64,000 nucleotides of DNA. Source: Octopus sinensis. Taxonomy: Eukaryota. The stretch spans positions 3,534,001 to 3,598,000 of the forward strand of contig NC_043019.1 of NCBI RefSeq assembly GCF_006345805.1, read 5' to 3'. Below, piece by piece: positions 25,022-38,610 of the stretch (the stretch's first letter is position 1; each line of letters begins with the position of its first letter). The notes under the pieces were generated by a model that did not search any database, was not told the origin of the DNA, and was given only the letters and a program-made list of their open reading frames with translations. The translations under genes were made by a program, and so were the position numbers.

Positions 25022-27000
25022 TCCCCCAACGTCATTTGACAACCGATGCTGGTGTGTTTAGGTCCCCGTAACTTAGCGGTTCGGCAAAAGTAACCAACAG
25101 AATAAGTACTAGACATCCAAAGAATAAGTCCTGGAGGTCGATTTGCTCGACTAAATGCGGTGCTCCAGCATCGCCGCAGTCAAATGACTGAAACAAGTAC
25201 GAATGGCTCAGAATTTTACGAACTCCCATCACATCAGAGTTTTTTTTTGTTTTTTTTTCGAGAGTGAGTTCAATAGAGTTTCATGCACAATCTTTCTTTA
25301 CATAATTAACGCATCGGATCAAATGCTTCACATTTCTTCAGGCTCTTTACGTTCTGATTTTAAATTCCGCCAAAGTCGACTTTGCCTTTCATTCTTTCGA
25401 GGTCGAAAAATAAGTTCCAGTTGAGCACTGGCGTCGATGTAATCCCCTTATCTCCTCTCCAAAAATTACTGGCCTTGTGCCAAAATATGGCTCCCTTTGA
25501 TCAAAGGTGGCGAACTGGCAGAATCGTTAGCACACCGGGCAATATGCTTAGCGGCATTTTGTCTGTCTTCTCGTTCTGAGTTCAAATTCCGACGAGGTCG
25601 ACTTTGCCTTTCATCCTTTCAGGGTCGATTAAATAAGTACCAGTTACGCACTGGGGTCGATGTAATCGACTTAATCCCTTTGTCTGTCCTTGTTTGTCCT
25701 CTCTGTGTTTAGCCCCTTGTGGGTAGTAAAGAAATAGGTATTTCGTCTGCCGCTACGTTCTTAGTTCAAATTCCGCCGAGGTTGACTTTGCCTTTCATCC
25801 TTTCGGTGTCGATAAATTAAGTACCAGTTACGCACGGGGCTCGATGTAATCGACTTAATCCGTTTGTCTGTCCTTGTTTGTCCTCTCTGTGTTTAGCCCC
25901 TTGTGGGTAGTAAAGAAATAGGTATTGATGATGGGGCTGCAGCAAGGTGAGGGATTTGGAACACAAAAGCCAAACAACTGGAATGGACAGTGCAAAACAT
26001 ATCGTCTAATACTCTGTAAATTACGCCAATCCACAGACTTGGACTGGCCTTAATTCATTGAACCCGAAACAATAAAAAGTAAAGTTGACTCTAGTGGGAT
26101 TTGAACTCGGTGCAGAGGCATTCTAACCAAAACGTCTCTGTCCATTCTGTTTTCTGCTTACCTAAAGTTGGTAGGTTTGAATTGAGAGATTTCACTTCTT
26201 CTTCTAATAAATCGAACGATGACCCTTTGGTAGGTTTGTCATTGCATAGTGTTGAAGTGGTTGGCAATTGTGATGAAAGATTACTTCTGCTGAGAGGTCA
26301 ATCACCGGTTTTCAAAACCAGTGAAATTCTAGAACAAGGACAAATTCACACACACACACCTGCCCTTGAATTTCACACACACAGATGTATACCAGCTCAC
26401 GAATATCATACATACATATGTACCCACGCACACACATATACAAACCGGTTCTTTCTAATTTTACACATATACACGTGTGTGTATCCGTTTGTTTTCGCTG
26501 TTTGTTTGTTTCTTCGTCCCATTAGTGGGAGAAGTCCGAAACGTGGTCCTTTGCTATTCGTAAGACCCGCAGAAGAGAAAGCAGGTCAACCCTTGACACC
26601 GAGAGCATCGACGGATCGATGAATGCGCATCCAGGCTCAGCTGTTGCGTACGAAGTCGGGGACAAGAAGCAGGAAGAAAGAGTGAGAGAAAGTTGGAGCG
26701 AAAGAGTACAACAGGGGTCGCCACCACCGCCTGCCGGAGCCTCGTGGAGCTTTAGGTGTTTTCGCTCAATAAACACACACAACGCCCGGTCTGGGGATCG
26801 AAACCGCGATCCTCCGACCGCAAGTCCGCTGCCCTAACCACTGGGCCATTGCGCCTCCACTGTTATCGCTGTCCCATTCAGATGAAGTGTACAGGCTAAG
26901 TAACCGAAGCGCTCGTGACCCTGAGATACCTGCTGATGATACGGAAATTTCCAACATTGAGATAGATTCAGAAGATCTGGCAATATTTCTGAGTAATTTG

Positions 27001-28155
27001 AAGGCGGCGAGCTGGCAGAAACGTTAGCACGCCGGGCGAAATGCTTAACGGTATTTCGTCTGCCGCTACGTTCTGAGTTCAAATTCCGCCGAGGTCGACT
27101 TTGCCTTTCATCCTTTCGGGGTCGATAAATTAAGTACCAGATACGCACTGGGGTCGATGTAATCGACTTAATCCGTGTGTCTGTCCTTGTTTGTCCCCTC
27201 TGTGTTTAGCCCCTTGTGGGTAGTAAAGAAATAGGTATTTCGTCTGCCGTTGCGTTCTGAGTTCAAATTCCGCCGAGGTCGACTTTGCCTTTCATCCTTT
27301 CGGGGTCGATAAATTAAGTACCAGATACGCACTGGGGTCGATGTAATCGACTTAATCCGTGTGTCTGTCCTTGTTTGTCCTCTCTATGTTTAGCCCCTTG
27401 TGGGTAGTAAAGAAATAGGTATTTCGTCTGCCGTTACGTTCTGAGTTCAAATTCTGCCGAGGTTGACTTTGCCTTTCATCCTTTCGGGGTCGATAAATTA
27501 AGTACCAGTTACGCACTGGGGTCGATGTAATCGACTTAATCCGTGTGTCTGTCCTTGTTTGTCCTCTCTATGTTTAGCCCCTTGTGGGTAGTAAAGAAAT
27601 AGGTATTTCGTCTGCCGTTACGTTCTGAGTTCAAATTCTGCCGAGGTTGACTTTGCCTTTCATCCTTTCGGGGATCGATAATTAAGTACCAGTTACGCAC
27701 TGGGGTCGATGTAATCGACTTAATCCGTTATCTGTCCTTGTTTTTCCCCTTTGTGTTTAGCCCCTTGTGGGTAGTAAAGAAATAGGTATTTCGTCTGCCG
27801 TTGCGTTCTGAGTTCAAATTCCGCCGAGGTCGACTTTGCCTTTCATCCTTTCGGGGTCGATAAATTAAGTACCAGATACGCACTGGGGTCGATGTAATCG
27901 ACTTAATCCGTGTGTCTGTCCTTGTTTGTCCTCTCTATGTTTAGCCCCTTGTGGGTAGTAAAGAAATAGGTATTTCGTCTGCCGTTACGTTCTGAGTTCA
28001 AATTCTGCCGAGGTTGACTTTGCCTTTCATCCTTTCGGGGATCGATAAATTAAGTACCAGTTACGCACTGGGGTCGATGTAATCGACTTAATCCGTTTAT
28101 CTGTCCTTGTTTTTCCCCTTTGTGTTTAGCCCCTTGTGGGTAATAAAGAAATAAG
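27001..28155 (+). repeat. Tandem array of SINE family B: head plus six ~184-bp units
   Basis: Unit starts at 27051, 27235, 27419, 27603, 27786 and 27970. Shorter arrays at about 21804-22413, 25503-25925, 36143-36560 and 53380-53706. Confidence 0.92.
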
Positions 28156-28733
28156 AATCGTTAACACGCTGGGTGAAATGCCTAATGGCATTCCGTCTGT
28201 TTTTTTTTTTTTACTTTCTGAGTTCAAATTTCGCTGAGATCGACTTTGTCTTTTATCCTTTCGGGGTAAGAGTATTCGGCTTACTATCGTGAGTTCGATT
28301 CCTGGCAGTGTGTTGAGTCCTTCAGCAAGACACTTTATTTCACATTGCTCCAGTCCACTCAGCTGACAAAAGTAATATCCAAAGGAGCAGCCTTATCGCA
28401 TTCTGTGTCACGCCGAATCTCCCTAAGAACTACATTAAGGGTACCTATGTCTGTGGAGTGCTCAGTCACATGTAAATTAATTTTCCGAGTGGGCTGCTCC
28501 ATCGATTAGATCAACTGGAACACTCGTCGTCGAAACTGACGGAGTACCACTGAAAAATATGATACGCCGAATTGTTCTCCGGAAAATATAATAAAAAAAT
28601 AAATGCGCCCTTTTAAAGCCTGGCGTATGTGTTCCCCAGCCGGACGGGACGCCAGTCCATCGCAGCGTTACTCATTTTTGCCAGCTGAGTGCACTGGAGC
28701 AACGTAAAATGAAGTGCTTTGCTCAAGAACACA

Positions 28734-29059
28734 TCATCATTGTTCGATCGTGGTCGAGACAATCGAATTTACCATGCTACGCCAGACTTCACGGTCCATC
28801 AAAGCATTACGGAGGTCCTGTTGCTGGATGCCTGTATCCCTGGAGATTACATCAGGGTAAGAGAGTGTACGCCCTCTGGTATCGCGAGTAGATGGCTTCC
28901 AGAGGAGAAGAGTAGAAATTACCTCGTTTTCAGCTCTACAACAATGTCCAGCAAACTGGACTCTCCTACCTTTCACAAGAGATGATACAGGTGGTAGTTT
29001 CCCATATATTTGCATTTTGGTTGGATGACGCTTCTACGAGAGATTTTGAGCTTTCATAT
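28734..29059 (-). mobile_element. RTE-clade LINE 3' fragment nested in a SINE
   Basis: Same family as 6273. 7-bp TSD GAACACA at 28727-28733 and 29060-29066; host SINE spans about 28620-29150. Confidence 0.8.
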
Positions 29060-30389
29060 GAACACAACGCGTCGCCCGGTCCAGGAATCGAAACCACAAT
29101 CTTACGATCATGATGCTGACGCCTTAACCACTAAGCCACGCGCCTCCACACTCCAGAAAATATAGTAATTCATTTTTTTTATTTTGTCATTTTTACTCGG
29201 GTGCGTGACGTCATTTACCCAGTCGTAACTGGTTTGAACTGGTAGAAACAAATACAGTCTGTGCTTTTAACTTCCTTTATACTTCCAGTTTTCTTACTTT
29301 TTCTCTCTCTGTCCCACTTTCTTTCTCTCTTTTAAAACTCTCTCTTTTTCTTCATTCGTTCAACAATTTTTTTTTTTTCAATATCTGCTTTTTATTTTCT
29401 CATAAAAAGAACCGATATTTACTGTCAAGAAGTCGGTTTCCGTCAACCAAATCCACCCACAAGGCTTTGGTCGGCCCGAGGCCATATTTGAAGACACTTG
29501 CCCAAGATTCCACGTAGTGGGACTGAACCCGGAACAAGGTGGTTGGTAAGCAAGCTACTTACCACACAGCCACTCCTGCGCCTGTATCTATTTACATTTC
29601 ATGCATATAGCTTATACATGCACCCTGAATGTAGTTTCAACATTTATATTTCATTTGTTTCAGTGATTTGACTGCGGCCATGCTGGAGCACCACCTTGAA
29701 AAATTTTAGTCGGCCAAATCCCCCTCCGGTACTTTTTTTTTTTTTTTTTGAAAACCTGGTACTTATTCTATCGGTTTATTTTGTCGAGCCGCTAAGTTAC
29801 GGGGAACCGCTAAGTAAATGCACCAACACCAATTGTCAAGCGATGGGGCTTTGGTCACAGGGTTCGGGCGACCCGTGGCTATAAGTAGAAAACATGTGCA
29901 AGATACCACGCAATGGGATTGAACCCGGAACCATGTGACCGAGAACCAAACATCTTACCGCACAGCCACGCCTTAAATTTTTAGTAACTTTTTTTTTTAT
30001 ACACAATACCATCAAAAAGAAAAGATACCAGTCTCCACCTGCGATGCCATGCTTTCATTAAACGTTTTACACTACACGTACGCCATTTGTATTTTATTTT
30101 TTTTGCTGTACAAATATTAGGATTTACGTAAAATTAAAGAATAAAGCATTGGTTTAAAGAATGCAGGTAAGGAAATAAAAACTGAAAATGTCAGCATTTT
30201 TTTTTTTGCAAAGTAACGTACAAGTAATAACTCTATTCGTGTTACATTCGTTCGGGGAAGTGGCAAGTCAGACCTAATAACCTAGAAATAGCATTTTGTG
30301 TTTACTGTAACAAGAAGAAAACAAAATACATACTTGCTTAGAAACTTGGTGTTCAGAGCAGTCTCAGACATTACGACTAGGTCAGATAT

Positions 30390-30401
30390 GAGAAAAGAGG
30401 G

Positions 30402-30432
<31 letters not shown>

Positions 30433-30765
30433 GAGAGAGAGCGAGCGAGAGAGAGAGAGAGATGGGGAGAGAGAGGAAGAGGGAGAGAGAGAGAGAGTGA
30501 GTGAGAGAGTAAGAGAGTGAGAGAGAGAGAGAGAATGAGAGAGTAAGAGAAAGAGAGTGAGAGTGTGAGAGAGAGAGTGAGTGAGATAGGGAGAGAGAGA
30601 GTAAGAAAGGGAGAGAGAAAGAGTGAGAAAGGGAGAGAGGGAGAGAGTGAAAGAGAGAGAGTGAGAAAGAGTGAGAGAGAGAGTGAGAAAGAGAGAGAAA
30701 GAGAGTGAAAGAGAGAGAGTGAGAGTGAAAGAGAGAGTGAGAGAGAGTGAGAGAGAGAGAGAGAA
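30390..30765. repeat. Degenerate (GA)n tract
   Basis: Direct inspection; source of poly-SL ORFs. Confidence 0.95.
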
Positions 30766-30879
30766 CAAAAACAAAAAACATTCGAATTTCGGAGTTTTCT
30801 GATTTGGGGTTTGTTATATTTGGGGACGGCTATTTTGCCAATAAACGCACTGGTTATAATCAACATAGTTGCAAAAATA

Positions 30880-31260
30880 CCTTCAGAAGACAATACCTGT
30901 GAACCTGAACTAGAAACGGGCTCCATGGAGATCATCCAGCAAATAGCTAACTCCATTCACCAGAGGATTAAGGTAACCGTAGATTATCCTAGTAAGCAAC
31001 CCTAACCACACTGTCTGGTTTAGACGCTGAACTCAGGCTGGAAACTAGGAATAACAAGGTCCAAACTCTCCATTCGCATTATGCCAAACCCATGGCCTCA
31101 AAATACCCGATTCAGCGGAATCGAACAATTGCGGATAAAACTAAGTTTAATATCCTTATAGCGGAGTTGTTAAGGACGAGAAACGTCTCCCGCATGTGCA
31201 ACCCAACAGAATTAGAGAGGCACGCGCACAACACTTCATCAACCGCACGCAGTTCTCTGC
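30880..31260 (+). mobile_element. Penelope-like element (PLE) reverse-transcriptase C-terminal fragment
   Basis: MEIIQQIANSIHQRIKVTVDYPSK / ...GLDAELRLE...LHSHYAKPMASKYPIQ...KFNILIAELLR.RNVSR...HFINRTQFS across frameshifts. Matches the recalled PLE thumb motif (Y.KPMAS...ELLR..RN.S). Confidence 0.7.
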
Positions 31261-31279
31261 GATAATATCGGAATTTAAT

Positions 31280-31352
<73 letters not shown>

Positions 31353-33213
31353 GGTGGGCGCACACATACATACTAGTACACACCAAAGATACATCAAAAT
31401 GAAACTTGAAATTTTGGAAAAAAATTATGCTATGTGTGTCAGTGTGCGCAACTAACATTTGGTTTTTTTATTTTTCACATTAAATACCGATAAAATTGTA
31501 TTGTAAGAAACACTACCTTTCACCTGGCACTGTCGTTCATGCAGTACTCTCTCAGCCTAACGTGAAGCTTCCTATCTCAGACATGTGAGCATGGAACTGT
31601 GAAGTGCACAGTTCTATACAAGGATTTTTGTATTTTTTCATAAACTAGGGGATGGCTACTGACATTAAGCTTAATGAAAGAATTAAGGAAAAAAAGGACT
31701 GAATTGTTATTGATAATATCGAGTAGAAATACGGGGTGCTGTAGTTCCGCATTTCCTGTACACGAGCCGTCACTGAGTTCAGGAATTATTATTCGGACAA
31801 ATATTGGCCTCCCCACCCAAAATTTGTGTGGTTTTTGTCCCGCTCTTCTTCATTAATTTATAGGTGTCTGGTTTAGTGGTTAGGGTGTTTGACTCGTGAC
31901 CATGAGATTGCGGTTTCGATCCGTGAACCGATCGATGTGTCGTGTTCTTGAGCAAAGCAACTTCATTTCACGTTGCTCCATTCCACTCAGCTGCTACAAA
32001 ATGAGTAATCCTGCAATGGACTGGCACCCCATCCATAGACAAATATATACACCAGAGAAACCAGGAAACCGGTCCTGCGCTCCCTACAGAGTAATGTGGA
32101 CTAACCCAACTTCTTAGTGAGAAGACAGGAAATGCAATTTGCCTCCTTGAAATTTTTATTGTTTCGTAATGTGCTACATCATAGCGAAGTTTATATATAG
32201 TACTCCGTGTGTGTTGAGCTTAAAAACGTGTTTATATTCTTGAATGTTATAAAGTGTAGAATTAGATTATTATCCTGCTTCCAGATTCAGTGTTGCAGCC
32301 AGGATTTGAAAAATAGGGCACATTCTCGCTCACCTTAGTTTGGGATTTAGTGGGATGGTGAAAAACAAGGGGGAATTCGCGGCGTGTGCTCAGTGAACAA
32401 ATTAAACACACTACCCGGCAGTGGCTAAAACGCGAACCGATCAAGTTTATATATAAATTTTCTTTTTATATGTTTGTTTCCTTTTACACAATATCAAAAC
32501 AACGGCTAAAAGTTTTCTGAAGCATCGACCCCACTAATTTTATCTACGAGCCGCCACTGCTTAAACTGTAGTAAAGTACAAGGTTCTAATTTCAAAACAC
32601 CCGAACTTGTTTCTCGTACAGATACAAGGCTTGAAACTGGGGAAGCAGATTAGTCGATACTATCGACTGGTACTTTATTCGATCAACTCTGAAAGAATGG
32701 AATGCAAAGATAATCTCTCGACTAGATTTGAACTCAGTACTTAAAGATCCGGAAGAAATACTACAATATATTTTGTCCGACGCGCTAACGATTCGATCAT
32801 TTTATCTGAAGAAAGTGAAAGTAACGGGCATTAAAAAAAATTGAAAGCATTGGTATTGAACTTGTTTTGTGTAATTTAACTAACACTATGACCCGGCAAC
32901 ACCAGGTCACAGTGCTAGTGCATGCATATGCAGCTGCGTGCGTGCGCACATACACGCCGGTACTGTCCAAATCTCCGACCAATCACATACAGCTAGCTGG
33001 CATTCAATTGGCGTATCAAGTTTCAGGCATTTTGATTGGGTTTTGGATAGAAAATTCACAAAAAAGTAACTTCTATTGAATTTTTAATGGCTTTGTGGGG
33101 TGACTGGGGAAATGTAAAGATGTGCATGACCACCCTTGGACGGTTTTGAATGACCATAGAAAGTGCGAGACCTCTAACTGAAAAATTGTGGATTTGTATA
33201 AAGGACACACACA

Positions 33214-33253
<40 letters not shown>

Positions 33254-33537
33254 AGACAGACAGACATTTTGCCGTTTATATATAGAGCGATACGAATAAG
33301 TAAAAGTTTAAATCAGTGATGGAAATATAGATTTTAGAAACTTTTAGCAACCCAATAATGGGTTTTTAGGAACTTGGGGGTATGCTAAAATCCGTGAGCC
33401 GCCCTCAGCTCGTGCTCAAAAGTAAGAGAACGCAGTGCCCTAAGCAAACACAGCTCTCCATTTCTGTTCTTTCCTTTCTCATAATGTTGTCAATTCAAAT
33501 GATGACCACTGGGAAAATAAATACAAATGTTGTTTGA

Positions 33538-34160
33538 TAATAATAATAATGAAATTATAGTATACAGTGCTCAGGTGCACCGCAACTTGTCAAAAGTGCG
33601 TATAAAGCATATGCAGTAATGTACAAATGTCTGGGAAGCGAACAGTGTATGAGTCAGATACATGCTTGCGTGTGTATGGAGGGGAGAAAATCAGGTGTAG
33701 TGTTGGCGAATCTCAGGAAGCATGGAAGTTTTGAAGGATGCAGTGCTCCGACAACTAACAACTGATGCCGGCAGTTTGTTCCATGCTTCAGCAACTCTTA
33801 GCGTGAAAGAATGTTTCCGAAAGTCATGGGAGCTGTGCTGTTTTCTGTCTTTGTAAACATGTCCACGGGTGTTAGACAGATGGAGTTTGAAAAGGTGCTC
33901 AGAGTTATTGTTTGTAAGATGGTTAATAATTTTATAGGTGTCTGCCAAGTCAACTGCCAGACGTCGGAGTTTCAGTGTATCCATGCCCAGGGAAGCAAGG
34001 CGTTCAGAATATGGCAAATGCCTGATGGAGGGTATTCTTTTGGTTGCACGTCGCTGAACAGCTTCCAGACGATTAATATCCGGGCAAGATAGGGGTTCCA
34101 GACCGGTGATGCAAATTCCAGGTGAGGTCGTACCATGGCTATATAAAGCCGTTTCATCCG
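33538..34160 (-). mobile_element. CR1/L2-group LINE 3' fragment
   Basis: LYIAMVRPHLEFASPVWNPYL / INRLEAVQRRATKRIP...YSERL...RRL..DL...TRGH...RV..AWNKLP; frameshift; 3' UTR ends in (ATT)n. Confidence 0.88.
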
Positions 34161-34706
34161 CAAACAACCGTAAACATTCTCTCATCCGTAAACAGTTAAC
34201 GCAACAGTATATCAAATTTTATGATTATCTCACAATTTAAGAAAGTTTTCTGAAATATTTTTCGACTGAAGCGATGACAAGTACTTAAAATGCTAAGCTG
34301 AACTGATTATGAGAACTGGGCGATAACTGCTAGAACGACTGACTGACTTATACAGACGGACAAATAATATAACCTTGACGTTAAGATATATTGACTAACA
34401 AATCTCGCCTCAAACTGGTTGCAATGGATGTGTTGGTGACGAAATTGCAACGAGTGAAATAAGAAAGTTTGACGTCATTCAGTGAAAATAACAGTTTTTG
34501 TGTTTCTGAATGGCTAATACTCTCTGGAGCACCGCCTTTTGTCGAGCAAATCGACCCCGGGACTTATTCTTTGTAAGCCCAGTACTTATTCTATCGGTCT
34601 CTTTTGCCAAACCGCTAAGTGACGGGGACGTAAACACACAAGCATCGGTTGTCAAGCAATGCTAAGGGGACAAACACAAACTCACAAACACACACACACA
34701 CACACA

Positions 34707-34744
<38 letters not shown>

Positions 34745-35118
34745 GTACATACATATATACGACAGGCTTCTTTCAGTTTCCGTCTACCAAATCCACTCAC
34801 AAGGCATTGGTAGGCCCGGAGCTATAGCAGAAGACACTTGCCCAAGATGCCACGCAGTGGACTGAACCCGGAACCGTGTGGTTGGTTAGCAAGCTACTTA
34901 CCACACAGTCACTCCTACGCCTATCTCCTAGTGTGTATTTCCCGCTGTAAATCATATAAATATGTTTCGTACACATTGGACTTGTATAAACGTGTATATA
35001 TATAACTTGCGACATGCCTACAAAAGTGTACTGAGTGCCCAGAAGCGTAGCTAGAGTGTGTGCCGTTCGGGGCGGCCCTTCCATTTGCCGCTCTCGAACC
35101 CCCCCTAAAAAAAACACG

Positions 35119-35529
35119 GGATCTTTTCGGTTTGAACGGCAGTTTTTTCTAGCGGTGTCATATGAAATTGTCACCCATAATTATGACCCTAGTATCGATC
35201 TATTGCACTTCAATCTATTTTAGGGTTAGGGGTGGGGGGAAGGGCATATTTTTTTCTTCAAAAATGTAAATAAACCCAATCTGTTTCTAAACGAGGGACA
35301 TATTCATACAGCACAGAATGTTTTCACCTCAATAGACGTCATTGATTGGTTGAAATTGTAGAAATTGAAGAAAAAAAAGCAACAAATATCTTACAAACTA
35401 TAGAATTTTTTCAATAAAACCAAGAGAAAAAGATGTTTTATAAACACATTCTACTAGTATACGAAGTTTAAAAGTGTTTAGTTACGGGGAAATTATTTTT
35501 AAAGACTGCCGTTCAAACCGAAAAGATCC
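35119..35529. mobile_element. MITE with GG termini and 8-bp TSD (Merlin-like)
   Basis: Perfect 25-bp TIR GGATCTTTTCGGTTTGAACGGCAGT; TSD AAAACACG (35111-35118, 35530-35537). Nested in a GCGTAGC/GCTACGC-ended element of about 35039-35620. Confidence 0.8.
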
Positions 35530-37095
35530 AAAACACGTATTGCCTACAGCAGACCCAAAAGCGGTGCCACTTTAAAAGTGCCGCCCGGGGGCGGACCGCC
35601 CCTACCGCTACGCTAGTGTGACTGCCCGACATTTTTTTTTTCCGTCTTAACTTTCAAAAAATTGAAACTTTTTAATGAAATTTTCTACGTATCTTTCAGT
35701 TGGGTAGATTATGATTGTGTCAGAATTCAAAATGAATAAAAAAAAAAAAGGTATCGCACACACACACGCGCGCGCGCGCAGGTATATAATCATCATCATT
35801 GTTCGACCGTGGTCGAGACTAAATTCCATAGTCTTTTCAAATGGCTAATAATGTGTGCGCGCGCCACTACTACACACATTGGAAAGCATTGTACAACCAA
35901 GTACTAAAGATCTTTCCTCCTCCATGAAACAAAGCTGTTCCCGCTGGACGTCAACCCAGTATTTCTAAGCTACGGACCCAGCGATTTATTGTAAGGTTAT
36001 CTCCCTAGATAGATTGCCTTCACTACGGCTAAGGAGCCCTTTCTACCCCAGGTATATAAAATGGAACTTGAAATTTTGAAAAATTATGTGATATCAGTCT
36101 GTATGTACGTTGTGAACGACTGGTGACCGGTAATAAAGTCACAGTCGAGCTGGCAGAAACGTTAGCACGCCGGGCGAAATGCGTAGCCGTATTTCGTCTG
36201 CCTTTACGTTCTGAGTTCAAATACCGCCGAGGTCGACTTTGCCTTTCATCCTTTCGGGGTCGATAAATCAGGTACCAGTTACGCACTGGGGTCGATGTAA
36301 TCGACTTAATCCCTTTGTCTGTCCTTGTTTGTCCCCTCTGTGTTTAGCCCCTTGTGGGTAGTAAAGAAATAGGTATTTCTTCTGCCGTTATGTTCTGAGT
36401 TCAAATTCCGCCGAGGTCGACTTTGCCTTTCATCCTTTCGGGGTCGATAAATTAAGTACCAGTTACGCACTAGGGTCGATATAATCAACTTAATCCATTT
36501 GTCTGTCCTTGTTTGTCCCCTCTGTGGTTAGCCCCTTGTGGGTAGTAAAGAAATAGGTAATAAAGTCACAATTTTGGCCAGGAAAAAAAAATCACAATTA
36601 ATTTATGGGATCCGGACAAAACCCTCCTTGGACAATACCTCCTCGGACAACCCCCACTCACGGACAAAACCTCCGTGACTTTATTACCGTCACTTTTTTG
36701 CTTGACTTTTTTTTCAGTGACGTTTTTTACCTGGATTCGAGTGATTAACGTTTTTTTTTTTCTTTTCTCACATTAAATTTTGAAAGCTATATGTAGAAAA
36801 TTTCATTAAAAAATATCTGTTCTGAAAGTTATGATGAAACAAAACTGGTGGGAACACACCTGCCTACTTTGGTTTTCTTTTTTTTTTAATTTTTTTTTTT
36901 TATTTTACTTGTTTCAGTCATCCGACTGCGGCCATGCTGGAGCACCGCCTTTAGTCGAGCAACTCGACCCTGGGACTTATTCTTTTTGTAAGCCCAGTAA
37001 TTATTCTATCGGTCTCTTTTTGCCGAACTGCTAAGTGACGGGGACGTAAACACACCACCATCGGTTGTCAAGCAATGCTAGGGGAACAAACACAG

Positions 37096-37156
<61 letters not shown>

Positions 37157-37425
37157 TACGTCAGGCTTCTTTCAGTTTCCGTCTACCAAATCCACTCACA
37201 AGGCATTGGTCGGCCCGGGGCTATAGCAGAAGACACTTGCCCAAGATGCCACGCAGTGGGACTGAACCCGGAACCATGTGGTTGGTTAGCAAGCTACTTA
37301 CCACACAGCCACTCCTGCGCCTACTATTGTGACTATATTTTCATCTTTGAAAAATCAAAATTAAAATAACATTATTTCAAATTTTGAGAAACAGTGCATT
37401 ATTAATGCTTACGTTATAGAAAACA

Positions 37426-37960
37426 CCATTTTTTCTACTTTTCATCGGATACTCCCTGGCTCTTAATTTTCCATTTTTTCTACTTTTCATCGGATACTCC
37501 CTGGCTCTTAATTTTCCATTTTTTCTACTTTTCATCGGATACTCCCTGGCTCTTAATTTTCCATTTTTTCTACTTTTCATCGGATACTCCCTGGCTCTTA
37601 ATTTTCCATTTTTTTCACTTTTCATCGGATACTCCCTGGCTCTTAATTTTCCATTTTTTCTACTGTTCATCGGATACTCCCTGGCTCTTATTTTCCATTT
37701 TTTCTACTTTTCATCGGATACTCCCTGGCTCTTAATTTTCCATTTTTTCCTTTTCATCGGATACTCCCTGGCTCTTAATTTTCCATTTTTTCTACTTTTC
37801 ATCGGATACTCCTGGCTCTTAATTTTCCATTTTTTCTACTTTTCATCGGATACTCCGGGCTCTTAATTTTCCATTTTTTCTACTTTTCATCGGATACTCC
37901 CTGGCTCTTAATTTTCCATTTTTTCTACTTTTCATCGGATACTCCCTGGCTCTTAATTTT
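37426..37960. repeat. 45-bp minisatellite, about 12 copies
   Basis: Unit CCATTTTTTCTACTTTTCATCGGATACTCCCTGGCTCTTAATTTT, near-identical with occasional 1-3 nt indels; no spacers. Confidence 0.95.
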
Positions 37961-38562
37961 CTAATTCAAATTTTGCCGAGCTTAATTTTGTTTTTCATCT
38001 CTCTGTAGCCGATTAAAACAATTGAAAAAGAACCAGTCGAGAAATTGAAGTTGCTATAATTAACTGGGGAAGCACCCCGTCGGTTACGACGATGAGGGTT
38101 CCGGTTAATCCGAATCAACGGAACAGCCTGCTCGTGAAATTAACGTGTAAGTGGCTGAGCACTCCACAGACACGTGTACCCTTAACGTAGTTCTCGGGGG
38201 ATATTCAGCGTGACACAGAGAGTGACAAGGCCGACCCTTTGAGGTACAGGTACAACAGAAACAGGAAGTAAGAGTGAGAGAATGTTGTGGTGAAAGAGTA
38301 CAGCAGGGATCACCACCATCCCCTGCCAGAGCCTCGTGGAGCTTTTAGGTGTTTTCGCTCAATAAACACTCACAACGCCCGGTCTGGGAATCGAAACCGC
38401 GATCCTATGACCGCGAGTCCGCTGCCCTAACCACTGGGCCATTGCGCCTCCACTATAATTAACTAAATGCCGGCTCTCAAAAACTCCTGACCTTGAACGT
38501 AAATTAGAAATCGTTATGAGAGAAAGAGACAGAGTGATAGAGATAGAGAGAGACACACACAC

Positions 38563-38610
<48 letters not shown>

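Noticed and set aside
27001-28155. Regular 184-bp array as CRISPR or tRNA cluster
   Set aside because: Entire units are repeated and are pieces of a dispersed SINE; no intact cloverleaf.
37377-37670. 15-aa repeat ORF, and CRISPR-like appearance of the 45-bp array
   Set aside because: Units are contiguous with no unique spacers, there are no cas genes, the context is eukaryotic, and indels disrupt the frame.
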